A stretch of 64,000 nt of DNA from Lepidodermella squamata (taxonomy: Eukaryota; Animalia; Gastrotricha). The position numbers and the translations under genes are program-made. The stretch spans positions 620,001-684,000 of the forward strand of contig JBLDXI010000011.1 in assembly GCA_047495785.1 (NCBI GenBank), given 5' to 3'. Positions 23,838-34,600 of this stretch are shown in pieces (the first letter of the stretch is position 1; each line of letters begins with the position of its first letter). The notes under the pieces are model-generated. The model made no database searches. It was not told the DNA's origin and worked only from the letters and a program-made list of their open reading frames with translations.

Positions 23838-23961
23838 TTAAGTGAGCGTGAGAGGATTCCTAATTCAATAATCACATTTGGTGGAGGAAAATCCTGAGGC
23901 TAGACATTTTGAATAATTCATTACTTGAATCTTATTTTCACACGAGGAGATTCCCGGCCAG

Positions 23962-25942
23962 ATGCAAACAAAAATGCTCAAGATTACGTTTCTAGCATTC
24001 GTCGTCTCATTCGTCCAGTGTCAACAAGATGATTACCCGTTTCAGGGTCCAAAAGGCCGCCCGATCTATGCGTTCTTCCCGCTGGACAGCATCGCGCAGT
24101 TAACCCCATTTTACTCGTCTGGCGATGGTAAAGCTGTGCCGTTTCGAGCGAATGAGTCAAGCGCTGGAGTTCGAGTTACGGCGTTAGGGTCCAATTCAGC
24201 CAATGTAAACCTCACTCGCCTTCGTCGCAATGAGAAAGGTGCGAGACAACGTAATATTTTTGCAATGAACATACCTATTTGTTTGTAAATTAGGTCCCTT
24301 TGGTCTACCTGGAACTTCGTATTCCTCTGTTGATGCGAACCCGATTTTGAAGTACCAAACAGCCGTCTTGCCAGCGTCATTAACCATCGCATTTTACGTC
24401 CGTCGAAATAGCGACGCAGCCGGTCAAATTTTAGCCCTTCCTTACGCTGACGAAGCCAACCCTAAGCCACAGCTAACTGTCGACCTGGAAGAAATGAAGC
24501 TGACAATATCTGATCGGGCTCAGGACGGCAATGCGGCGGCTAAAATTACGCTCAATCTTGTAAAAGACCAGTGGACTTTCATTGCTTTGACCTACCAACG
24601 TCGCAATAATAAATTGGTCGTTTACAATGAATCTGGCACAGCTAACGGCGATATGGTCCTCAGTCAGAATCTGATAGGGCTTGATACCTTCGAAAAAGGA
24701 TTTTCGTTCGGCAGAATCGACATGTACGATCAACTGGTAAGACCATGTTTCATTTATTTGAAGGCCAATTTGAAAAGGTCCGAATTTGTTGAAGTGTTGA
24801 GAAAGTTCAACAACTTTCAAGCATTACTAACTTTCTTTTTGAGGTGAAGCTCTAATTTCAACTTTTCAACTAATTTTCCAATTTTTCACAAATTGTTTAG
24901 TCCTGTCTTCAAATCTACCATGGAGCTTTACGCGGCGATGAAATCAAGCAATTGCCATGTGTCTGTAAAACACGAGGTCGTTGCGACAATGGTAAGGACT
25001 CACGTAAACGGCCCTACCTCGGTCCCTATCCGAACGATCTCGTCGGCTATTGGCCACTGGTTCACAAGCTTGTTGATCTGGACGAGTTGGCTAAAAACAC
25101 TCAGCCGATTGAAATACCGAATTTCAGCCTGATCCCATCGGTTTTGATCGCTGCGAAAGCAGCGAATAGCGGACCGTTTGGTAACACAACGCGGCTGTTG
25201 TACGCGCCGAAGTCAAACGGATTTGTCGCTAAATACAAAACTGGAGCTGTAGGTAAGCGGAAACCAGTTTTAGTATCTGCAGTAGGATTGAAATTCGAGC
25301 CCTCCTCACGTTCTTCTGTTTACAGCTAGTAAAGACTTCACCATAACATTCTTTATCTACGACGCCGTGCAATCATCCAAAAGCAGACCTGACGCGACCC
25401 TGCTGAAATATGGCGATCTGAGCGTTACTCGCAGCGAAGGCGGATCCCGAATCTCTCTGATCACCGACAAAACCACCATAGAATCCATGACGCTATTCAA
25501 CGCGAACAAGACCACAGAAATCCCACAGATGCACTTCATCGCAGTCCGTTACAACTCCCTGCTTCGCCTGCTGACAATGAACGACGATACCGGCAACACC
25601 CGAACGAAATTCATCGACCTGAAATTCACGCCTGGCGACGTAGCCATCGGCCCAACAGCTGGGCAAACCACAGCTCTGGCCTGCGTTTCTATTCATACGT
25701 CAGCCGTGATTGATACAGACATTGCCGCGACGATGAAATGCGTCTGTTCGCGGACGGTTGCGTTCAAGAGCGATGGCTGTGAGTTTCTAAAGCGGCCGTG
25801 GCATCACAAGTTGGTTGCCGTCGCGTTCGTAGTGGCTGCTTGCTTGATTGCGCTTGGCGTTGTGGTTGTTTGCTGCCTTGTTGGTTGTGGGTATGCGCGT
25901 AGAAAGTGCCGCCGTAACCAGTATGATAACATCAAGTCTTAA
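23962..25942 (+). CDS. Type I membrane protein with two LamG/pentraxin-like modules
   Basis: Signal MQTKMLKITFLAFVVSFVQC. FQGPKGRPIYAFFPLD and YLGPYPNDLVGYWPL module starts, WTFIALTY, TM helix, Cys/basic juxtamembrane segment, tail NQYDNIKS. Internal exon boundaries approximate. Confidence 0.7.
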
Positions 25943-26554
25943 CTAACTAAAATGTATTAGTGCAAACTGTAGCGACGAATAAAAAGAAGAAAATACGTTC
26001 CCAAAGTTTTTCAAAGTAGCGAGAAGAATCGTGATGATCGAAATTTTGCGATGATTTCCCAACGGATAAATTTTCGAAAAATGGTCGCAAAATTATAGTA
26101 AAAATATCTTCATCACCAGGATGATCTAAGCTATCGATTCATGTAAGTTTTACCCGATTTTTTTATTATTTAGATTTTAAAAGTTTAAAAGTTGTACAAT
26201 GATAAAAATTATAAAAAAATTACAAATATGACGTTTAAAAAAAAACGATTTGAAAATGGGTCGATGTTACATGCATTTAACTATGCGCACATGGTTCTAA
26301 TAAAAAGCACACGAGTGACCTTTGCACCCTCAACTTTTGACACTATGGCAGGATCGTAAGCGTCCGATCTTTACTATTATCTATGCCTGAAAATGACTCG
26401 GAATTAATTATCATTTTCCACTTAAAAAAATCAGTTCGACGTATAGAGAGACAACATTTTCAAGTTACGCTGCAGTGTTTCATGTTTAATAATCAGATTC
26501 ATGCTTCCCCTCACCAAAAGTTTCCTGAAGCTTCACGCTCATGCGTGACTGCGC

Positions 26555-26998
26555 TTAACCCCAAAGGGCATCAATGTTTTCAACGTCGCAGATGCAAACG
26601 TTGCCGTGGTTGGGGTAGTAGCGGTGGGTGAAGCCAGCCTGGGCTTTCCTGTCGGCATCAACCTCCAAATCGTTCTGCCAATTCTCACACTCAGCAATGC
26701 ACGCCTCCTCATCGGCAACTTCGGGGATGTAAGCGAGGCCGGGGACGATCTCATCTTCAGCATCCGGGAACTGGCGAGCAGCAGGCGCCTCGTCTTCGAT
26801 CGCATGGCAGGCGCAGTAGTTGTCCTCAGGGAAGAAGAACGGGACGGTAATGCCATCGTGTTCAGCGCAGAAGTTGGTACAACCAGCCTCGTCAGCGACG
26901 AAACCACCCTGAACTCCGAAACGGTCGAGGTCGGTTTGCGGCTCATCATGGGCGTAGGCCACGGCGAAAACAGCCAGAGCGATGATGATCTTGTTCAT
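26555..26998 (-). CDS. Secreted two-module 4-Cys acidic peptide precursor (147 aa, intronless)
   Basis: Signal peptide, two CxxxC...CxC modules, strong GC3 bias, TATAAAA ~65 nt upstream. Paralog of 28197-29144. Confidence 0.85.
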   Translation of the reverse strand: MNKIIIALAVFAVAYAHDEPQTDLDRFGVQGGFVADEAGCTNFCAEHDGITVPFFFPEDNYCACHAIEDEAPAARQFPDAEDEIVPGLAYIPEVADEEACIAECENWQNDLEVDADRKAQAGFTHRYYPNHGNVCICDVENIDALWG

Positions 26999-28196
26999 TT
27001 TTTTTACACTTTTCTGGAAATAAGCGAGTATGATACGAAATGCACAATTTCGCGTCCATTTTATACGAAGCTGCGGCGTGTATTCCGATCGTTCAAACCC
27101 TGGAATTTTCTATCATTATTTACACAATTTTAGCGGAGAGGACTGCAGCATCAGCGTTGCAGCAGCTGAGGAAATACATTTTTTGCATGGAATTTGCGGA
27201 GAAACGTCGTGATTCGCTTAAAGATTAAAAGCTCTTTGCTCTCTGCGCGGCGCTATTTTGCGAAGATTCGCGAAGATTATGAAGGCTGAGTAAACACTGT
27301 AGAGATGAAATTTGATGTGAGTCGAGAGAAAGAGAAAGCTTGGTATAACTCTTTTCTCGATATTTTTCATTTCTGGGCAGGTCTATTTATTCTAAGTTAC
27401 TAAAATGGACGAGCTCATCGGGGAATCCTGGATATCCTCGCTTGGTTATTGCAAAATTCGAATTTCGAAATTTCCCATGAATAATGGTCTGTTATACTGC
27501 CCGAAACATGGTTCTCATACAGTGACGTAGGACCGCGGAACTGGTTGGGATTTCAAAAATCCACATGGCCCCTTTTTTGGTGTTCGGTCTTTGGTGACTG
27601 AGTGACTGAGCTCACCAATGTAACTTTCTCGTTACTTCGCTCTCTGATAGCAATCATTACTTCTGTTCCAGGTTTCATTCTTTTCACAAATTGTGCATTT
27701 CTAGATTGGATGTTGTAGGTTCTAGGTGGAGGACATATGAGCTAAGCGAGCTAAAAATATTTGTGTTTAAAGATGGCCTAAGGCCTAAGCCTCTATTTGG
27801 AGAGCCCCGTTTTTTAACCAAATGTTCGCATGTATTTTGAAAGAAATTCTCCTATGCCTTCCTCAGTTGCAAATTTTCTCAGTTGCAGCATAATGTCACA
27901 GAAAACGAGACCATTACTTACCCCTCGAATCACTGGTGTCATTCAATTTATCCACTTTTTAAAATTCAGATGTTTCAATATTACAGCTACGCGGACATGA
28001 AAGCTGAATCATGGCCAATTCAGCCAATAAAACTGAGAAATTAAAGTAACACACCAAACCATACTCGTCGTCATTGCAGTGATAGATGTTTATTTATTAT
28101 AGCCCTAAGAATGGCCCAAGGTCTTAAAAGCTTCGAAATTTTGAAATTTACAGATGTTCACCTCCACCACTATACAGACTGAAGACTTGTTGTAGT

Positions 28197-29144
28197 TTAA
28201 TTCCAGTTGTCAGCAGTGACAATGTCGCAGACGCAACGGCCACCATCCTTGGAGTAGCGGCGGGTGAAAACAGGGTGCGTAATGACACCACCAGCCAGAA
28301 CGTCAGCTTCGAAACGGTCGCACTCAGCGTGGCACTCTTCCTCGGACATATCGATAGCGGACAACAAACCGAAAGCGTCGAAATCAGCCTCAGCCTCGCG
28401 ACGGGCGGCGAGCTCAGGATCGTCCTCCTCAATCAAATGGCAGGAGCAGTAGTTGTCCCCAGGGAAGAAAAAGGGAGTGGTAAGGGCGGGGAAGTCGTAG
28501 CAAAAGTTGGCGCAGGCGTTTTCGTCATCAACAAAACCGCCCATAACTCCGAAACGATCGGCATCATCCTCACGGGCGGCGAGTTCAGCGTCTTCCTCCT
28601 CAACCAAGTGGCAGGAGCAGTAGTTGTCCTCAGGGAAGAAAAAGGGAGTGGTAAGGGCGGGGAAGTCGTAGCAGAAGTTGGCGCAGCCGCTTTCGTCATC
28701 GACGAAGCCTCCCATAACTCCGAAGCGGTCGGCGTCAACCTCCTCGCGGGCAGCAGCCTCGGGCTCTTCGACCAAATGGCAGGCGCAGTAGTTGTCCTCA
28801 GCGAAGAAGAACGGGACGGTCATAGCGGGGTATTCAGCGCAGAAGTTGGTGCAATCGGCCTCGCCCTCGGCAATGGTGACAGCGACTCCGAAACGGTCCA
28901 TGTCGATCTCTTCCTCATCACCCTCGCGGGCCTTGCCGACCTTCTTGGTGTGGCAGGCGCAGTACTTGTCCTCGGGGAAGTAGTCGTAAATGGCGTGCTT
29001 ACCGCCGCAGATCTTCTTGCAGGCAGCTTCGTCCGCAACGTCGAGCTCAACCTTGTAGCCGAAACGGCGCTCGTCGATCTCATCGTCGCAGTGAGCGATG
29101 GCGACGAAAGCCAGGGCGGCAATAGCGATGATAGCCTTGTTCAT
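28197..29144 (-). CDS. Secreted five-module 4-Cys acidic peptide precursor (315 aa, intronless)
   Basis: Signal peptide and five CxxxC...CxC modules separated by AR-acidic-DR/FG spacers. Modules 3 and 4 are near-identical at a 171-nt period. TATAAAA upstream, AATAAA downstream. Confidence 0.9.
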   Translation of the reverse strand: MNKAIIAIAALAFVAIAHCDDEIDERRFGYKVELDVADEAACKKICGGKHAIYDYFPEDKYCACHTKKVGKAREGDEEEIDMDRFGVAVTIAEGEADCTNFCAEYPAMTVPFFFAEDNYCACHLVEEPEAAAREEVDADRFGVMGGFVDDESGCANFCYDFPALTTPFFFPEDNYCSCHLVEEEDAELAAREDDADRFGVMGGFVDDENACANFCYDFPALTTPFFFPGDNYCSCHLIEEDDPELAARREAEADFDAFGLLSAIDMSEEECHAECDRFEADVLAGGVITHPVFTRRYSKDGGRCVCDIVTADNWN

Positions 29145-29605
29145 TTTCCGGTTGTAGGAACTTGTTTGAGAGATGAGAAGATTTGATGATGAAACGTCAG
29201 ATTTCGCTCGTGTTTTATACCGTGATTTCAGTCCTGCGACAGTCGCGGTTTTGTTTAGCCAGCTGGTAGATTTGACGTGATTTTAGCGACACTTCATCTG
29301 AAATGGCAGGTGAGCAAACTCGTGGGGATATGAATATACGCGAACGGCATACAGTCTAGACGCTAGGTACTTGTGACACTGTCATGCTTCTGATGGTATT
29401 TCGCGATCTATGACAGGCATTAAAACTGAAAGTTATCAGTTCTTAGGACATATGAATAAGCTGTGGAATGTCAGGATTTCAGGAATTTTCCATGTGTCAG
29501 CTTGATTTCGGGACTCGAATGACATATTTGAGTTATGGTCACGGAAATGTGTTGATTACAAACTGGCGGAGGTCACGATTAATGGCAAATCTACGCCCTC
29601 CAACT

Positions 29606-29660
29606 CAGTGCTTCTCAACCTTTTTCCGTAGTTGGCCATTTCTATAACTGATTCTCCATC
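29606..29660 (+). mobile_element. hAT (Charlie-like) terminal fragment
   Basis: CAGTGCTTCTCAACCTTTTT resembles hAT/Charlie TIRs. No matching second end found. Confidence 0.4.
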
Positions 29661-30652
29661 CCACGGGCCAATGCCACTGTAGTGTAAGTTTGTAAGAACG
29701 CAGCGGGCCGCTTGTTAATAATGTGAGCGAAATTTTTGCTGTTTAGTCGCTAATTACTTATATTGCCATGAAATTTGAAACACATAAAATTTAACAAAAA
29801 TTGGGCAACGAACGGTGGAAGTCAAACTTGACCCGGCCAAACGTGATACCAGAAGCATAAATTCCCCTAAAAATCAGAACAATTCTTGTTAGGAGCCTTT
29901 CGATCGAGGTCAGTATAATGCTTCGGAAGCCGCGAACCATCCCGAACCATCCAATAAGTTTGCAAAGCATTGCTGTGCCGCATTAATGCTCACAATCATC
30001 AGAATAATGAGCAAACCAGCAGGAAAATCTGGTTTTTCTGTGCATTTGTTTTCGTTTTTCACATGCCCATCTTGCTAAGCTGAATATTCACCTGTTCCAG
30101 TCTACCGGTAGCGTTTTCTGAGACCCATACCGGACCTGGAACGAGGTAGGACCTGTTTCCAACGCTGATTGGTACCTATCGTTCTGGTTTCTGGTTTCTG
30201 GTTTATACATCGCTGGCCATTTAAAAATTTGAAATAAGCGATTGAGATGTGCCTAGTCACACTTTGAGCCGTTTTTCTTTCTTGCAGATGGTTTCAAGTG
30301 AACCTTCAAAGAAATCTACAGATGATTCACCAGTTTTAGACCAATGTTGACACAGCTGCGGGGATTTTCTGTTTTTCCATCATTGTAAAAGCAAGTGAAT
30401 GAACGATGAAAATGTGAAAAAACTATACTGAGACGAATGCATCAACATTTTTGGCTGAGCAAAAATACCTATGGCTCAACTCATCTAGTCATCCTTTATT
30501 TTTGTTTGAAACAGCTCTTAACTGCTTAGCGCGAACAATGACGCGCCGTAGTGGCTTTTGAGTCGTGTGAAGACCCGTCTCAACTACAGGCACTTCACTT
30601 TTGTTAAGCTTTAGCTTGAGTAACTAAGAGAGTAGTTAGTAGAAATACCCAG

Positions 30653-31593
30653 ATGAATCATCCTATGATGCCATGGCAAAAATCATTCATATCCTCAATA
30701 ATGTTACTCATAAGTCTCACTTCGAATTGCAAGGCTGGTCTGCGTTACAAATACTACGAGAGGTACAGTGACGGCGATGTTTTCGATTTGTACCAAGGCC
30801 GAGTCGAGAATTACATCGAAAGCCTGAAGGGCGAAATCGCGTTGCACAACGGCTACATCGAACAGCTCGAGAAAATCATCGCGATTCAGGAGAAGCACGT
30901 GATAGACATCAACAGCCAAACAGCACCGATAAGAAAATTGAAGGACGATCGACCTGACTTCAGGATTAAACTCAACGAGACGCTAAATGAAATGAGGCCG
31001 TTCGTGAAGCAGGCCGTTCTGTCTCGGAATCGGCAGGATGCGGCGGAGAACGCTACCTTCAAAGCTTACGACGAGCTGCTTGAAAGTAATCCAATTTTTC
31101 CAAGAATTTGTGATGAGTTCAAGTTGTCTTCATTTCAGTTAGCGCTGCTGTTGTAGCTTCACGCTACGGCGAGATGGCTACGTTCCCCGATACAAAGCCA
31201 GAACTTCTCCACGGGAAATTTCGGAAGGTCCCAAGCTTCTACTTCAAGTACCAACTTCGCGAAGAAGGCAACTGGTTCGAGGTTGGCCTAGAATTCGCTC
31301 GCGTCGAAGTTTGGCAACAGTCTGTTTTCTGGCTCGAACGCGCGTGGCAGGCTTACAACGAAACAGTTATCGCCGGATCGCGTACTACGGCCGATCTGTT
31401 GCAGATCCTCGCCAACTTGCATCACGCTCATTTCAAAAACAACGACTACGCTAAAGCTCAGGAAGTCGTTCAGATTATGCTCCAGAATCCGGATGTGAGT
31501 CGCGAGTTGCGAGCTAAAACTGAGAAATATGCCAAGGATTACTCAGAATTACTCAAAAAGCAAGAAAAGAATTCTGATAACAACGAACTCTAA
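30653..31593 (+). CDS. Prolyl 4-hydroxylase alpha N-terminal/TPR-like protein without catalytic domain (~295 aa)
   Basis: Exons 30653-31085 and 31139-31593 (53-nt intron). Signal peptide, coiled coil, WFEVG....SVFWLERA and LHHAHFKNNDYAKA TPR-like helices. Ends NNEL. Confidence 0.6.
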
Positions 31594-31683
31594 ATCCTGA
31601 AATAAAATTATTTCATTTCTCAAAAAATCCGCCTTAATAATTTAATTTTCATTCCAACCCAATTCTTTATGAAGTCGTGAATC

Positions 31684-34600
31684 ATGCTTTCTTTAAGCCG
31701 TTTCTTGCTGCTGAGTTGTGTCTCGTGTTGTGCTTGCGCGAAGCTATTCTGGATGCTCGATCCGATGACTAAGGATAAGGATACAGTCGAAGGCGGATTG
31801 TCACTTGTTTCTACCAACAGCCGCCAAATATTGGGCACTTGGCCATTCAAACAGCAAATCCAACCGCTTTACACGCGGCCGTCTCTAACTAGCCGACCTA
31901 TGTTAACTTATCGAATCGCCAATATCTCTGCGTTACTCGCCAATAAAACACTCGCAATCATGTTTTATTTCTCGCTCGGCAAAGTTCCGATCGACTCGGG
32001 CGAGAAGTTCAGGCTGGTGGGTATCGAGGATGAAAACCGCAATGAGCTGTTCGGTTTCTATTACGACAAAAAAGGTAAGGATTTACTTTCAATCTCAGAG
32101 TTGTGTTAGGAGGTCGTGGAGGATTTACAAAGGAAACAATGAAAGAGATGTCTTTGGGATTATCCGAAACCAATTAAAAATGCCAAGAAATCAATCGAAA
32201 TTGCAATCTCTTTGAATTGTTTTTTGCTGAATATACAAAAAACTAGGATAAAATCCTCTAAAATACCATAATTCGCTCTAAGAAGGAAAATGTGTTGTGA
32301 AATGATTCTGGACTTAATAGCAGCTGTTGTTGTTGTGACCTCCTCGTGCATAGTCGATGGGTTCCTTTCCTTCAAGATGCTGGGAAGCTGAGGGAATGTC
32401 CTATTAGTTGCCAGAATGATTTTATGTTCTTGAGGTTCAATGGGTTATCGTCAAATTGCTCTCAAGATGTTCAAAGTAATTACTTTTTATAGGAATCATT
32501 GGCTTATTAACTTCCGTTTTCTTGCTTAACTTCCGTGATGGTGTTTTTTTATTTCCCTATTTGTTTTTAGAATGCTTTGCTAATTTCGTGTACAATGGCG
32601 GCGTTCATGATGGTACACGGAGATACGGTTACGTGAAAGAACTAATCGTGCTAGGCAAATGGCTTTGGTGCGGCTTTGCATTAGGCGATGGTTATGCGAG
32701 GGGTATCCAATCAGATGGATACTGGGCCAACTTTTTTCAAGCGAATTTCACACCTGACTTGTTCAGCATTGCTGCCTCGAAGAAAGGCTTCCTCGTAATC
32801 GGCCAGCAGAAAAGCGGTCACGCCATGGCCTGCTTGTCCATGCTAACGACAAAATATCAAACAGAAGACATCATGCAAGCGCAATGTGACTGCTGGACAA
32901 AATTTGATTGTTCAAACGGCTTGGCCCCGTCTTACCCGCCAAACTTAGCTGGAGTTGGCAACACGTTCGTTTACCTTGCGTTCAACAATGTCACATTATC
33001 GCACAACATTGTGTCTGATTTGAAAAGCTGCCAGATTACATATAGCGCGGTAAGAAGGCGAGTTTCGTCAAAGCCGGGCCCGTTCGACATTCCTTTCTCT
33101 TCTTATGAAATAGAAGAGTTCTATGAATTGTTGGAATTTAGAGCTGATATCTTAACCAAACTTAAAAGAAAATACCAACTTCACATAGAAATCGGTTTCT
33201 GGTTCTGGAGGGAGTCAGCAAGCAATCCAGAATCATTTTTCGTAAAGTTCAGCGATAAATTCCGAGCGACATCACGGCGTAAGTTCATGAATTTTGAATC
33301 GATTCAAAATGTAGCAAATGCAAATTTACCGTAAAATCCGAAATAAGAGCGCAGGGGCTAATATTTTCAAAGAAACTGAAACCTGGGGGCTTAATACGGG
33401 CGAGGAGCAATTGTAGGCTGTGGTCTTATTTTTTCAAATTATCAAAGATTCCAATGTTACAATTAAAATTATCAAATATTTAATAAATTTCGAATGTCTC
33501 ATTCGTAGACGTCGATGAAAAAAGATGAAACTGAACATTTTTGGCAGTTATGTTGTCGGAAAACGATGGGAAATGATTCTATTCACGAGTCTATTTTATT
33601 GCTATTATTTTAGTATTTCTGTCTCGGTAAAATAAAATCTGCCGCCCCAAAAGGTAAAAGTCCGCCCTCGCTTAATCTCAGCCCTCATTTAATAATAGCG
33701 CGCCCTCGTTTTAAATACGCGCGCCCTCGTTTTGAAAAGGTGCGCCTTAAAGTAAACAAAGTCGCCCTGACTGGTTAAACCACCGCCCTATTTCATTTAT
33801 CCAACTTGGGCAGCTAATTTTTTTTATTTAAATCAGTTCTCCGCAAACTCGGATTTTTTCCGGCCACGTGCGGCCGGCTGCGGGCAGATCATGGCGGCCC
33901 ATTGGCGGCCGGTAGGATTTTCTCAAAGGATTGCTGGAATGCGGCCGGATGCCTTGTTTCGCACGATCATAACCCGAAAATCAGCCTTTTTGCACTATTT
34001 TCAGCTAAAATTGTGGCTGGAGCTTAGGCTTTCCGGCCGCCGAAAATGCCTATGGTGACAACAATTTGCGGAGCACTGATATAAGCTGTTCGAATAAGAC
34101 CTTCGGATGAGGATAGCAGCGCGATGGGCGATACATAGCACGGTCTACTTAATGAAACTACACGTTATAGGCTAGTGCTACCGTTGAGCGATCTAATAGC
34201 GATCGCTGTTAGCAATAGGTCTTAGCTCTTAAATAGCCATATCGCAAACCTTTTGACAACAAAACTGAACAGCAAAGTTAGTTCCTATTTATTACAGGTA
34301 GTAACTGCATGGTGCGCGTAGTGGTCACAGCGGCCCAATTTAGCGACCGGACATCGAGTCCTTCACACGTCCTTCACTATGTAATCCCTTGATCCCCGGC
34401 AAGTCGCCTTAACGCGGCGAGCTTGCAACACCTTCGACAGGCGTGCGAACGGCGCAGCGGGTGTGGGAACTTAAGGTGGATTAGTGCGGCGATCACGCAA
34501 TGAGGGCGACTTTATTTATTTTTGAGCGACACAAATGGGGCGAACTTTTACCTTTTTGGGCGACAGATTTTACCTCACCCTTTCTGTCTCAGTGCGAGAA

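Noticed and set aside
28197-29144. Repeated DRFG read as an RFamide neuropeptide precursor
   Set aside because: Amidation needs RFG followed by K/R; here G is followed by V or Y and leads into a Cys module.
28275-29186. Long antisense ORFs (303 aa here, 175 aa at 26606-27133)
   Set aside because: Shadow frames produced by the strong codon bias of the sense genes; no independent protein features.
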